In this document: positions 1 to 9,443 of the stretch, piece after piece
Position numbering within the stretch: position 1 is the first letter of the stretch
Layout: the number at the start of each line of letters is the position of its first letter
IMG/VR virus record: IMGVR_UViG_3300006990_000020
Location: 1-64,000 of that record
DNA from: a virus
Strand: one strand, 5' to 3'
Length of the DNA stretch: 64,000 nt
Made by a program: the position numbers and the translations under genes
Notes under the pieces: generated by a model
Told to the model about the DNA's origin: nothing
The model's input: the letters and a program-made list of their open reading frames with translations, nothing else
The model's database searches: none

Positions 1-101
1 CTCAAAGACTCTGCATCCCCGCCGCTAAGGCCTTCTGCAAGTAACTCAACTAAACACTCTTTAACAATGCTCTTAAGCATGCTACGACTTACTTTTGCCA
101 T
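1..101 (-). CDS. Hypothetical phage protein, 5' part only (runs off window start)
   Basis: Manual translation: ATG at 101 overlaps the upstream TAA (TAATG); MAKVSRSMLKSIVKECLVELLAEGLSGGDAESL is open to position 1. Not in the ORF track. Confidence 0.7.
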   Translation of the reverse strand, partial: MAKVSRSMLKSIVKECLVELLAEGLSGGDAESL

Positions 102-523
102 TAGTTATTAGCCTTTAAGAATGTTTCTACAACATTATTAAATTCTGATGCATCAATTGATGTCAAACCAGCACGAACCTGGACAGTCTTTCCTTTGTCT
201 CCACCATTAGCCGCCGCTGTATTATTAAAATATAATTTGGTACATCTTAAATACATTGGAATTGTAGTTTCAGAATCAAGAACCAACCCATTACTAGACG
301 TGGAAGCATCTTCTTTACAGAAATAAACAGACAGTGAAGTATTTGCATCTGTTTTAAAACTTAACCATTGAGTTATTTTTGGAAAAGAGAAAGATCTTAT
401 GTCATCATCTTCGTCTATCATGGAGTTTCCAACGATCAAACTTCTCATGTAAGGTACAGCACTGATTTGATATTCTGGTACAAAGTTATGTCCAACTGAT
501 CTTGGTATACTTGATATTGCCAT
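101..523 (-). CDS. Hypothetical protein in head-gene block (~140 aa)
   Basis: ORF 101..532; start moved to ATG 523 (MAISSIP), which overlaps the protease stop (TAATG coupling). Confidence 0.75.
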   Translation of the reverse strand: MAISSIPRSVGHNFVPEYQISAVPYMRSLIVGNSMIDEDDDIRSFSFPKITQWLSFKTDANTSLSVYFCKEDASTSSNGLVLDSETTIPMYLRCTKLYFNNTAAANGGDKGKTVQVRAGLTSIDASEFNNVVETFLKANN

Positions 524-1125
524 TATTTCCACTCCAATATATCGTTAAATATTCTATCAATTCTATCAGACTTGTTAAATACTTCATTTATGAACTGCGT
601 TGAAACCTCGCGGCCTTCTTTCATCATGAAAGCGCCAGGAGTACTTGGTTCACTTACGAAATCCCAACAAATAAGCTGAAAGTCGTCTTGCACAACCTGC
701 GTATGACCTTCAGATCTTGTGCTACCTACACCACGAGAAGAAATACCTAAGGTGACACCACTTTCAACAAGTGATTGAAGTATTTTACCACTTGGTGTAT
801 TAAGTATCTCAACTGTCCCGTAGACAATGTTACCTTCCATATACGCTTCTTTGATGTTATGAGAAGCATTTTTAAGCTCTACAACAGAAGAGTCTGGGTG
901 ATCTAGCTCACCTAAAGCTCTGTTTTCTTGAATGAACTTTTGGTAGTTTCTAATTTCTCTTTCAAGGATAGCCTTTGGATAAACACGTCCATTTTGATTT
1001 AACGTTTCAGCCTTTTGCAATATACCTTTCATAATAAGAGGCGCGCCAGATTCTCTTTGCTCTTTTATTACTTTAGGGTCATATTCAAAATTAACCCACT
1101 CTGTAATTAAACGTTGTGTATTCAC
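523..1125 (-). CDS. Prohead core protease (T4 gp21-like)
   Basis: NQNGRVYP, ALGELDHP (catalytic His), GISSRGVGS (catalytic Ser), DFVSEPS; GTG start with AAGGAG upstream. Confidence 0.93.
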   Translation of the reverse strand: MNTQRLITEWVNFEYDPKVIKEQRESGAPLIMKGILQKAETLNQNGRVYPKAILEREIRNYQKFIQENRALGELDHPDSSVVELKNASHNIKEAYMEGNIVYGTVEILNTPSGKILQSLVESGVTLGISSRGVGSTRSEGHTQVVQDDFQLICWDFVSEPSTPGAFMMKEGREVSTQFINEVFNKSDRIDRIFNDILEWK

Positions 1126-1129
1126 AGTA

Positions 1130-1957
1130 TTACTCTCCTTGTATCTCTTCTTTTAACTTTTCAATAGTTAAAAACTTTTGAAGATTCTCTTTGTTAACAA
1201 TGTTTACATTAGTATCCTGTATTTTAGAGAGAATTCTTGATCTTTTTTCAATTAAAATTCTATTATTACAACTCTTTAAATATGACTCGAGTACGTCTAG
1301 ACAATCTGACTTTGATTTTTTAAAGGCTTCAATTAAAGCCTCCTCATTGTCATCTACATATAGTCCTATAAGACCCTGTTGACCAAAGTTAAGTGTAGAC
1401 TTATATTTCTTATTAAATACTTCATTCATGAGTTGATAAGTTATTTTATCAACCTTTATAGGTTCAGAACTGGTTTTAGTGTCAACTGTCTCTGTTAACA
1501 TTCCGTGTAATTTTATTTCGTACTCTGTCATTTTATCAAAATTATTCGTGCTATTTCGCCACTCATTCAGCAATGTCTGGATTGTTGCATAAGTTCTGTA
1601 ACTTTCAACTTTTTCACTGAAAATAGTGCCTTTGCCAAATGTATAATTTAGGTCCTTGATAAGTAGAGACTTTTCTTTTTCAAGCCTATTACTATCAAAC
1701 ATATTATTACATGCTTTCCTAGCTTCACTAATAATTGAACTAGCCAATTGCTCCGGAGTGTTTTTTGTTGTAGCTAAAGCTTTAAAAAGCTTATACTCTT
1801 TATGAAGCTGACTTCCTTCACTGAAATGTTTTTTGATTATTCTTGTAGCCTTTTCAGCATTTGACTTGTCATCTTCAATAAGACTACCACAAACAAAATT
1901 AATTATTTGCTCGTAAATAATACCAACATTTCTTTTTTTATTGTGTGTTTTAGACAT
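1130..1957 (-). CDS. Hypothetical helical protein between portal and protease (possible prohead core/scaffold)
   Basis: 275 aa, basic N-terminus HNKKRNVGIIYE, helical composition; function inferred from position only. Confidence 0.6.
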   Translation of the reverse strand: MSKTHNKKRNVGIIYEQIINFVCGSLIEDDKSNAEKATRIIKKHFSEGSQLHKEYKLFKALATTKNTPEQLASSIISEARKACNNMFDSNRLEKEKSLLIKDLNYTFGKGTIFSEKVESYRTYATIQTLLNEWRNSTNNFDKMTEYEIKLHGMLTETVDTKTSSEPIKVDKITYQLMNEVFNKKYKSTLNFGQQGLIGLYVDDNEEALIEAFKKSKSDCLDVLESYLKSCNNRILIEKRSRILSKIQDTNVNIVNKENLQKFLTIEKLKEEIQGE

Positions 1958-4018
1958 TTAGCCCTCGTCTTCTTCTTCAAATAATTTATCGTCTATAAGT
2001 ATATCATAGTCATCACCATTAGACTCACGTAATAACTTATTTTTACTGCCAATATTTAATGTGTCTGACATATTTTCTATATCTTTAAATAATCTTGAGT
2101 TAATTTGTCTATTGATAAAGTTAGAATTGACTGTACTCTGTGGCATAACACTATCCATTAGACCTGAAGGTGAAAGCTCTTTGTTTAAATCTTTAGCCGA
2201 ATATGGCTTGATTGGCTTTGTCATGTTTTGTGAAGGCGTTGTTTTTTGTATTCCTGACGCTTGAGTGCCTGTAAGTTTTCCTGTAGGATTGTGTTTAATT
2301 TTATAACTACTTCTTTTTTTGCTGACCTTATTGTTTGCTTTGATAGGGTTTGATGAATTGTCGTCATCTTCGTCTATGAGTCGTTCGATCTCTTCAAAAT
2401 CTTCCTCAGACATTAATGTTCCTTTTTTAATCTCTCCTGCGAATAAGTCACCTAGACCTCCACCTGAATCTGGTGATCCTCCTGCGTCACCTTCTACGCC
2501 GCCGGATCCTCCTCCAAATATATCACCTCCAGCATCTTCTCCACCAATAGGTTCACCTCCCATACCTTGTTGTGCACTTTCTCCCTCGTCACCAAATACA
2601 TTTTGAGAAGTTTCAGGAAGCTGAACTGTTTCGAGTTGCATGTCTCGAATTTTATCTTTTTCTCTTCCTTTTTCAATTCTTGCAATCTCATCATCATTAA
2701 GATCGATGATATGCTTTCTAATCCATTCACGGTCTACGAAACCTTCTGGAGCTTGTCCAGCAATTTCAAACTTTGTTCTAATTAGCTCCAGTTTTTGCTG
2801 CTGTGCAATACTTGATGGATTACTTAATTTAAGATCAAAGTCTAACAGGTTTTCTTCTGTGTACCCGTGTGTATACAAATGAATCATTGCAATCTTATTT
2901 AGCTCAGAAACAATTGTTTTTTGTATTCTCTGTATTGTTCTACTAAATCTAATGTCTTCTTGCGCAAGAGTAGCCTTTGCCCCAATGTCTTCGTCATAAC
3001 CTAAATAAGCTTTAGGAATCTTAAGCGCTGCAAAAAGCTTCTTTTGAATATATTCAACGTCTTCTATTGCTGTAGTGTTTGAACCACCAGCAAGTGTATC
3101 AATTCTTGTTCCGCTCTCTCCACCTCTTACAGGTAGGAAATAGTCTTCGTCGACTGAAAGTGGGTTGTATCTTAAATCAACTTGTCCTGTTGTTTTATCG
3201 ACTACTGCGTTCCTCTTAAGTGAAGTTTGTGCTTGTTCTAAGTAGTCAGCAATATTTTCAGGAGGTATGTTTCCTACATCTATATAAAAGACTCGTCTTT
3301 CTGGTGATCGAATTACACGATATACAAGCATTGCATCTTCAATTAAAATAAGCTGACGCCAAACTCTTCGTGCACCTTCTAAAACTGAAGATCCATATGG
3401 TAAAAATGCATCGTTACCAAGGAGTCTGAAGTGTGAAACTTGCCAGTTTTCTAAAACTTTGTTTCCTTGTGTAACCCATCTAAATCTTACAGCACCAGGG
3501 TCAGTTGGATCAAAGCCTTCTTCTCTTTCCATTTCTGCAATAGGAATAGGAAATGCATTAACTACTCCAAATTCTGGGTGAATATCGTTAAAAAGAAAAA
3601 AGTCTCCATACTTACAAAGATTTCTGACCCACATTGCTAAATTAAAGTCAATATTTAGTGTGTCATAAAACAGTTCATTAAGGATTTGTTTAATTTTTCT
3701 GTTTTCAGAGTAAATATGTAAAACATTGCCTTCAACATCAGGTGAGACGCATTCTTCTGAATAGATGTCAAGTGCAGACGAAATTTCAGGAGTTGCTTCC
3801 ATCTCACTAAAGTCTGAATATCTTGCCATTCTATCATAAGAACCGTATGCACTTAGCGTTGCGTTATAGACATCACTATGAGCTTTCTTAAAAACTTCAA
3901 GAGAAGTCTTTGAGTGACTTGTTGATTGTAAAGCTTTAATTTTTCGCTTAACAACAGGTCCTGATCTAAATAGTTGTGTTAACTTTTTAAAAAGATTTGG
4001 ATTTTTCTTGTCTGCCAT
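1958..4018 (-). CDS. Portal protein (T4 gp20-like) with long C-terminal extension
   Basis: EDAMLVYRVIRSPERRVFYIDVGNIP, EDYFLPVRGG, IDTLAGG, DVEYIQKKLFAALKIPKAYL are gp20-family motifs. Confidence 0.95.
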   Translation of the reverse strand: MADKKNPNLFKKLTQLFRSGPVVKRKIKALQSTSHSKTSLEVFKKAHSDVYNATLSAYGSYDRMARYSDFSEMEATPEISSALDIYSEECVSPDVEGNVLHIYSENRKIKQILNELFYDTLNIDFNLAMWVRNLCKYGDFFLFNDIHPEFGVVNAFPIPIAEMEREEGFDPTDPGAVRFRWVTQGNKVLENWQVSHFRLLGNDAFLPYGSSVLEGARRVWRQLILIEDAMLVYRVIRSPERRVFYIDVGNIPPENIADYLEQAQTSLKRNAVVDKTTGQVDLRYNPLSVDEDYFLPVRGGESGTRIDTLAGGSNTTAIEDVEYIQKKLFAALKIPKAYLGYDEDIGAKATLAQEDIRFSRTIQRIQKTIVSELNKIAMIHLYTHGYTEENLLDFDLKLSNPSSIAQQQKLELIRTKFEIAGQAPEGFVDREWIRKHIIDLNDDEIARIEKGREKDKIRDMQLETVQLPETSQNVFGDEGESAQQGMGGEPIGGEDAGGDIFGGGSGGVEGDAGGSPDSGGGLGDLFAGEIKKGTLMSEEDFEEIERLIDEDDDNSSNPIKANNKVSKKRSSYKIKHNPTGKLTGTQASGIQKTTPSQNMTKPIKPYSAKDLNKELSPSGLMDSVMPQSTVNSNFINRQINSRLFKDIENMSDTLNIGSKNKLLRESNGDDYDILIDDKLFEEEDEG

Positions 4019-4020
4019 TA

Positions 4021-5640
4021 TTACTTCCTAGTTAGCCAGCTTAAGTCACCTAAAGGGTTTTTTCTGGATATGCCTTTGTCTCCTCCGAAACTCCTGTCAG
4101 GCATGTAAACGGGCATAAATGGGTTTACATGCGTCTGATTTGAGTTGTAAAACGGGGGTGATATTGTATTATCAACATTTGTATTGTTAACTTCCATGCC
4201 TCTAAGAATTGCATCTGCTTGTTGAATTTGTGTAGCTTTATATGTATCTGTATTACTCATTGCTATCCAACAACCAATTGCTAGCGACATTATTAGATCA
4301 TCGTTGTAACCTTTCATAGCTCCAACTTTTTTACCATTCCAAACGAAAGTCTTAAGTTCTGAATATAACCTTCTAGACTTTGTGTCTATTTTATTGTTTC
4401 TTAATGATTCTTCAAAGTTAGCAAGAATTTTTTCTCTACTTTCTTTACTCGTAGTAAATCCTGCTTTTCCTATATTAGAACCTTCGCCATACAAATATCT
4501 ATATTTTTCTTTTTCTGACGAAAAGTAAATATTCTTGTATTTAAGATCGTTTAATTTAACTAACATAGTATATCCATAAGCATTGTTTTCTGGACATATC
4601 ATTGCTTCGTTAAATCTGTTAGCTATATCATAAACTACAACAGCAAATTGGTCAGGTGGTATTTTGCCTTTAAATTCAGCTGCAATTTTTAATTTATTTG
4701 TGTCAATGACATGAAATGTAGAATAGTCGCCGCTATCTCCTCGAGATATGTCCGCTGATATAATGTATTTGTGTTCTCTTATCGGATAATCCCAGTACCA
4801 TATGTTTGATCCTGGGCCGCTTTTTTCCATAGGCTCTTGTGTTTGTATGCGTATATTTTCTAAAGCTTCGTTAGATAGAAACGTGTCGCCAGAAGATGAA
4901 AAGTCACAAAGAAGCTCTTGCGCAACCTGTTTCTTAGACATATTCTTGGTTTCTTTATCAAACCACTCATCAGCTCTTTCTGGATGTACATCCCACATTA
5001 GCTTAATAGGATTGAACTCGTTTTCTTTGCGATCAGCCTTCGTATATATTTCGTGGTATTGTCCTCCAACACCGTTCGGTGTCGAAAGAATAATTGCTCT
5101 ACCTCCTGTTGATAGTGTTGGGTATAAACCCATCCATAACTCATCAAAGTTTCTTACAAAAGCAGCCTCATCGACAATCAGTAAAGATAATGCTTCTGAT
5201 CGTCCAGCGTCTTCTGATGTTGGTACTGCTTTGATTTGTGATCCATTTGAAAACTCAACTTGTTGTTTGTTATTTGCTACTATTTGAGGAACTAATAGCC
5301 ATTTTGGCATTGATTTTATATAAGTCTTTACTTTTCTTATAAAGTTTTGTGCAACTGCAAGTTTGGTTGCAATAATCAATATGTTTTTCTCTTTATAAAA
5401 TGTAGCTTGCCAAACAGCGTACGCAGCTACTAGTGTTGAAAGACCTAACTGCCTAGACTTCAAAATAATATTAAATCTATGATCATTAAAGTCTTGAACA
5501 CAATCGTCTTGAAAAGGAAAAGTTTTAAAAGGAATTAGACCTCTAAGTGGATGTTGTATCTTGAGATATCTATTCATAAAGTAGACTGGGTCTTTGCCAC
5601 ACTTTATGATTTCATTTATTTGACCATTCCTTGACTTCAT
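4021..5640 (-). CDS. terL: Terminase large subunit (T4 gp17-like)
   Basis: Walker A KSRQLGLST, Walker B LLIVDEAAF, coupling motif STPNG, nuclease motifs ADISRGDSGDYS, ENNAYG, NDDLIMSLAI. Confidence 0.96.
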   Translation of the reverse strand: MKSRNGQINEIIKCGKDPVYFMNRYLKIQHPLRGLIPFKTFPFQDDCVQDFNDHRFNIILKSRQLGLSTLVAAYAVWQATFYKEKNILIIATKLAVAQNFIRKVKTYIKSMPKWLLVPQIVANNKQQVEFSNGSQIKAVPTSEDAGRSEALSLLIVDEAAFVRNFDELWMGLYPTLSTGGRAIILSTPNGVGGQYHEIYTKADRKENEFNPIKLMWDVHPERADEWFDKETKNMSKKQVAQELLCDFSSSGDTFLSNEALENIRIQTQEPMEKSGPGSNIWYWDYPIREHKYIISADISRGDSGDYSTFHVIDTNKLKIAAEFKGKIPPDQFAVVVYDIANRFNEAMICPENNAYGYTMLVKLNDLKYKNIYFSSEKEKYRYLYGEGSNIGKAGFTTSKESREKILANFEESLRNNKIDTKSRRLYSELKTFVWNGKKVGAMKGYNDDLIMSLAIGCWIAMSNTDTYKATQIQQADAILRGMEVNNTNVDNTISPPFYNSNQTHVNPFMPVYMPDRSFGGDKGISRKNPLGDLSWLTRK

Positions 5641-5645
5641 GATTA

Positions 5646-6020
5646 TTAAGCAATCTCAAACTTTTTTGTGTAGCTGTACTTTATTTTTCGAAAAGGGCTG
5701 TATGGGCTAACTGTCAATGTTTCGCAATTGTCAAATTCACCAATTGCTTTTGTTTGAAGATTTTCATTTAACTCAGACTTAAACTCAGACTTAATAATTC
5801 TAAGTCTTGATGCAATCATATCTTTTGATTCTTTTACTAGTAATGACATCTGCATTGTTAAATCAGAGTCTTTACCGATATTTAAAATTGTCCTATAAGA
5901 AATGTGTAACTCATTATTGTTGACAATTTTTGCAACAGTTTTTCTATCACCACCTTCTGACTTATAACTGTAGACATTGTCTATTGCGCTACCTAAAGCA
6001 TTAATTGTTTTGTAATCCAT
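5646..6020 (-). CDS. Hypothetical protein (124 aa)
   Basis: Clean ORF with AAAGGA SD-like sequence, directly upstream of terL; no recognised motif. Confidence 0.7.
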   Translation of the reverse strand: MDYKTINALGSAIDNVYSYKSEGGDRKTVAKIVNNNELHISYRTILNIGKDSDLTMQMSLLVKESKDMIASRLRIIKSEFKSELNENLQTKAIGEFDNCETLTVSPYSPFRKIKYSYTKKFEIA

Positions 6021-6064
6021 AGTTTATAATTCCTTTTTTATACAGATATATATCTTATTAAGTA

Positions 6065-6316
6065 TTAACTTGGTCTCCAACCTTTTTCCCATTTTTCTTT
6101 GTTTGGATAATAATAAATTAAATAACACTCTTCGCAACATCCTTCTTTTTTCATTTCTTCGACGTCTTCAACAGTTGCTATTAACTTTTTACAAATAGGA
6201 CAGTCTAAAGAAATAGATTCTACACCAAATGGTCTGACATATCTAATGCCATTAACGTATGCTTCTTCGTTGTCTTTGTCAATTTTAATCCAGTCCCAGT
6301 CATTTGAATTCAACAT
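6065..6316 (-). CDS. Small Zn-finger-like protein (~83 aa)
   Basis: CPIC...CCEEC and C-terminal WEKGWRP; start re-assigned from 6361 to ATG 6316 (MLNSND), overlapping the SbcCD stop. Confidence 0.7.
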   Translation of the reverse strand: MLNSNDWDWIKIDKDNEEAYVNGIRYVRPFGVESISLDCPICKKLIATVEDVEEMKKEGCCEECYLIYYYPNKEKWEKGWRPS

Positions 6317-9300
6317 AAGAATCGTTTCCTCTCGTTGTAATTTCAATATTTCTATCAACAATGTCTTTTATTGCGTCAACATGTGATATTACTATTATTG
6401 ATTTAAAAAACTTGCGTAAACTCTGGAGTAGTCTTCCACAAGATTCTATGTTTGTCGAGTCAAGTGATCCAAAACCTTCGTCAATAATAAACATATCAGA
6501 TTTAGGAAGTGATGAAATGTTAATAAGCGCTACTCTTATTGCAATAGAAGTAATCATTTTTTCCATTCCACTTGCACATTCTATAATTCTCTTTGAATCA
6601 CCGTAATCAATGTAAACTTCTAATGCATTATTGCAATCCTCTAGAGAAATCGTAAAACCAACTACTCCACTGAGGATTGATTTTATTTCGCTGTTGATTT
6701 TAGGTAGACTATTTCTAATTAGCATTGAAGGAATTCCTTTTTTAGAAACCGCTGTTGAAAACAAGTCAAAGGTTTTCCATTCGTCAATTAATTTTTCATA
6801 TTTTGTTTTATTGTTTCTATTTTCCTCTATTTTGGAATTAAAATCAATAGTATTAAATTCACAACTTCTTATGTTGTTTTCAACAGAGTATATTAAATCG
6901 TTAATCTGTTTTATTTGCTGTTTGACATTTTCTAATTTTCTGGATTGTATATCATCTGTGTAATCCTCTAACTCTAGACATAATTCTGTGAATTTTTTAT
7001 CTTCTTCGACTAGTTGTTCCATTGCAATATCAGAAATGCTTTGCTTTTCTTTTAAACTTTCATTTTCTAAACCTATCTTATACTCTTTATTTAAAACGTC
7101 ATTATACCTTTTTATGTTTTTCTCTATGTTGTCGCTGCTCAGTCTATCAAAAGAAGACTTAATACTTGCTATTTCTTTTATTATTAAATCAAGCTCAGCT
7201 TTAGTATTAGGTAAAGATGTTTTTGCTTCATGAGCGTTTTTTATAAATCTACAACTTAAAAACTTGTCTTCACATGGGACACTATCTAATATTCTAAGCT
7301 CGCTTTTAAGCCTGTCATTCTGCTTAGATAAAGAGTTTTTCTGTGAATTAAAGTTGTCTAATTTCTTTTTAAGGTTATTAAGATTCTCTTTGTCATTTTC
7401 TAAATCTTCAATAGAGTAGCTGTTCTTGAACTCGTTTATGGTTTTAATTTTAAGTAAATTTTCAGCTAATTTCTGGCTGTATTTTCTTTTCTTTTCAGAT
7501 TCACTAGAAATTTTATTTTTAATAAAGGCAAGTTTTTGTTTTGCTTTGTCGTAAGTAAAGCCTGATGGGTGTGATCTAAAGGTGTCTTCAATTTTGCGCT
7601 GTTCTATCTTAAGCTCAACATCTTTATCTCTTAAACTGTTAATTTTTATTTTTAAGTCAGACTTTAGAGAATTAGATTCCTTGATTTTTTGCAAGTAGTC
7701 TTTCTCTATTGTCACCCAGTTTTTTTCGTCTGTATTTTTAAGTCTATTTTTTAAAACAATATAGTTTTCTCTTGAAGTTCTATATAAGTCTTCATATATC
7801 TCTAAGTGTAAAAACTTAGATAGAACGCTTTTTCTTGCTGAAGATTTTTCTTTAACAAATGTATTCATTTCACCTTGCGAAGCAAAAGTTGTATAGAGAA
7901 AATCGTCTGATGTTCCAATTAACTTTCTAAGTATTTTCTCTGTTTCTCTGCGCTGTTCTTCAGTCTCGTCTAGTGAATATTGATCTTTCAAGTTAATTAA
8001 TTCAAGCTTAGTAGTTGCTGAGGTTATGCCTTTTTTATTAGTCTTCTTAGTCGTCTCTCTGATAACCTCATATGAATTAGTTCCAACACTAAAATTAATC
8101 TTTGACTTGCATGTACCTTTTCTAGTATTAACTACATCTTGATTTTTAATAGATCCTCTGTCTGTAGTATTGAAAAGAGTATACATTATTGTGCCAGGAA
8201 TAGATGATTTTCCTGCTCGATTATTTCCAAATATTCCTACGACACCATTTAAATTTTTAAAGTTGATGTTATTTCCTTTACCGTAAGCAAAAGTATTATC
8301 AAACTCCATATTATTAATTGACCATTTTTGCCCATGAACATCTAATAAGTTCTCTGGTATTTTATCTAGGTGAGAAGTAAAATGAGAATCAACCTTAGCA
8401 AAAACATCTTCTTCTAGACCTTCATAGAAATTATTAATTAAACTCTTTCTATCACCAGATTTTCTAATATCATAAGACGTAATATTCTTGTCTTTAATTT
8501 TTACATCATCTAAATTGTTTTGCGTACTTGTATTTTGATAGACTATTTCGTGAGCTTTTTTCTCAAACTTTAGATAATGATGCAAAACCTTGATTTCAGC
8601 TTGTGATATTTCACAATCAGCTCTTATTCTAAATCTAACACCAGTCTTGACTTTTTCACAAAAAATAATTGTCTCTTCTAGCGATCCTCTCCAGTCAATA
8701 GTAATAAATGCCTTAGGATTATCTATATTAACAAATCTACTCTTATATTCATATCTGCTTTTAATATCCCATATTAAATATCCTTTTTTAATATCTTCGC
8801 CGTAGTTTTGCTGGATTGTTGAACCAGGATAAGCTACTCTCTTTTCACTGTCTAAATATTGTAACTTATGGATATCACCTAGGAAAACAAAGTCGTAGCC
8901 GTCAAAAAAGTTTAAGTTAACTTCACCTTCTAGTTCCCAGTCTACGTCTGTTTTTGATCCCCAGACTGCACCGTGAAAGCATGCAATATTAATGCTGTTT
9001 TCTATAGGTTTGACATCCTTCCAACCTTTTTCGTCAAAGCAAGAAAAAATACACCAGTTTAAATTCTGATTATCAATTTTATGGTCTGTTTGGTAATTAC
9101 CACTTTTCTTGTAAAGTTTTAAACGTGGGTTATCCAGAGCATTAACAATAGGCGTTATTGCATCTTGTCGGTCTTCGTTTAAAATCAAACCATCATGATT
9201 TCCTAAGATGATATGTGTCTCTGCTATATTTGCTAAAGAATCAAACCACCAATGAAGACACTCAATAAGCTCTGGGGTGATTCCTTGCGTCTTAGAATGA

Positions 9301-9440
9301 ACAATATCACCACCGATAAAAATTAGATCAGGTGACTCTTTTTTTAATGAGGAAAAAAGTCTTGTAAAAACAGTCTTGTACTCTTCGTGTCTTTTTAGAC
9401 TGCGCCAGTGGATATCTGAAATGTGTGCTATTTTTAACAT
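6300..9440 (-). CDS. Fused Mre11/SbcD nuclease + Rad50/SbcC ABC-ATPase (T4 gp47-gp46-like)
   Basis: N-terminal phosphoesterase motifs SDIH, GGDI, GNHD, FHG, GDIH, YPGS; C-terminal Walker A GNNRAGKS, Q-loop FASQ, coiled coil, signature ASGME, Walker B IIDEGFGSLD, H-loop ISH. Confidence 0.93.
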   Translation of the reverse strand: MLKIAHISDIHWRSLKRHEEYKTVFTRLFSSLKKESPDLIFIGGDIVHSKTQGITPELIECLHWWFDSLANIAETHIILGNHDGLILNEDRQDAITPIVNALDNPRLKLYKKSGNYQTDHKIDNQNLNWCIFSCFDEKGWKDVKPIENSINIACFHGAVWGSKTDVDWELEGEVNLNFFDGYDFVFLGDIHKLQYLDSEKRVAYPGSTIQQNYGEDIKKGYLIWDIKSRYEYKSRFVNIDNPKAFITIDWRGSLEETIIFCEKVKTGVRFRIRADCEISQAEIKVLHHYLKFEKKAHEIVYQNTSTQNNLDDVKIKDKNITSYDIRKSGDRKSLINNFYEGLEEDVFAKVDSHFTSHLDKIPENLLDVHGQKWSINNMEFDNTFAYGKGNNINFKNLNGVVGIFGNNRAGKSSIPGTIMYTLFNTTDRGSIKNQDVVNTRKGTCKSKINFSVGTNSYEVIRETTKKTNKKGITSATTKLELINLKDQYSLDETEEQRRETEKILRKLIGTSDDFLYTTFASQGEMNTFVKEKSSARKSVLSKFLHLEIYEDLYRTSRENYIVLKNRLKNTDEKNWVTIEKDYLQKIKESNSLKSDLKIKINSLRDKDVELKIEQRKIEDTFRSHPSGFTYDKAKQKLAFIKNKISSESEKKRKYSQKLAENLLKIKTINEFKNSYSIEDLENDKENLNNLKKKLDNFNSQKNSLSKQNDRLKSELRILDSVPCEDKFLSCRFIKNAHEAKTSLPNTKAELDLIIKEIASIKSSFDRLSSDNIEKNIKRYNDVLNKEYKIGLENESLKEKQSISDIAMEQLVEEDKKFTELCLELEDYTDDIQSRKLENVKQQIKQINDLIYSVENNIRSCEFNTIDFNSKIEENRNNKTKYEKLIDEWKTFDLFSTAVSKKGIPSMLIRNSLPKINSEIKSILSGVVGFTISLEDCNNALEVYIDYGDSKRIIECASGMEKMITSIAIRVALINISSLPKSDMFIIDEGFGSLDSTNIESCGRLLQSLRKFFKSIIVISHVDAIKDIVDRNIEITTRGNDSYVEFK

Positions 9441-9443
9441 AAT

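Noticed and set aside
5646-6020. Terminase small subunit
   Set aside because: Only its position supports this; no recognisable TerS features. The 122 aa gene at 40694 is equally unproven.
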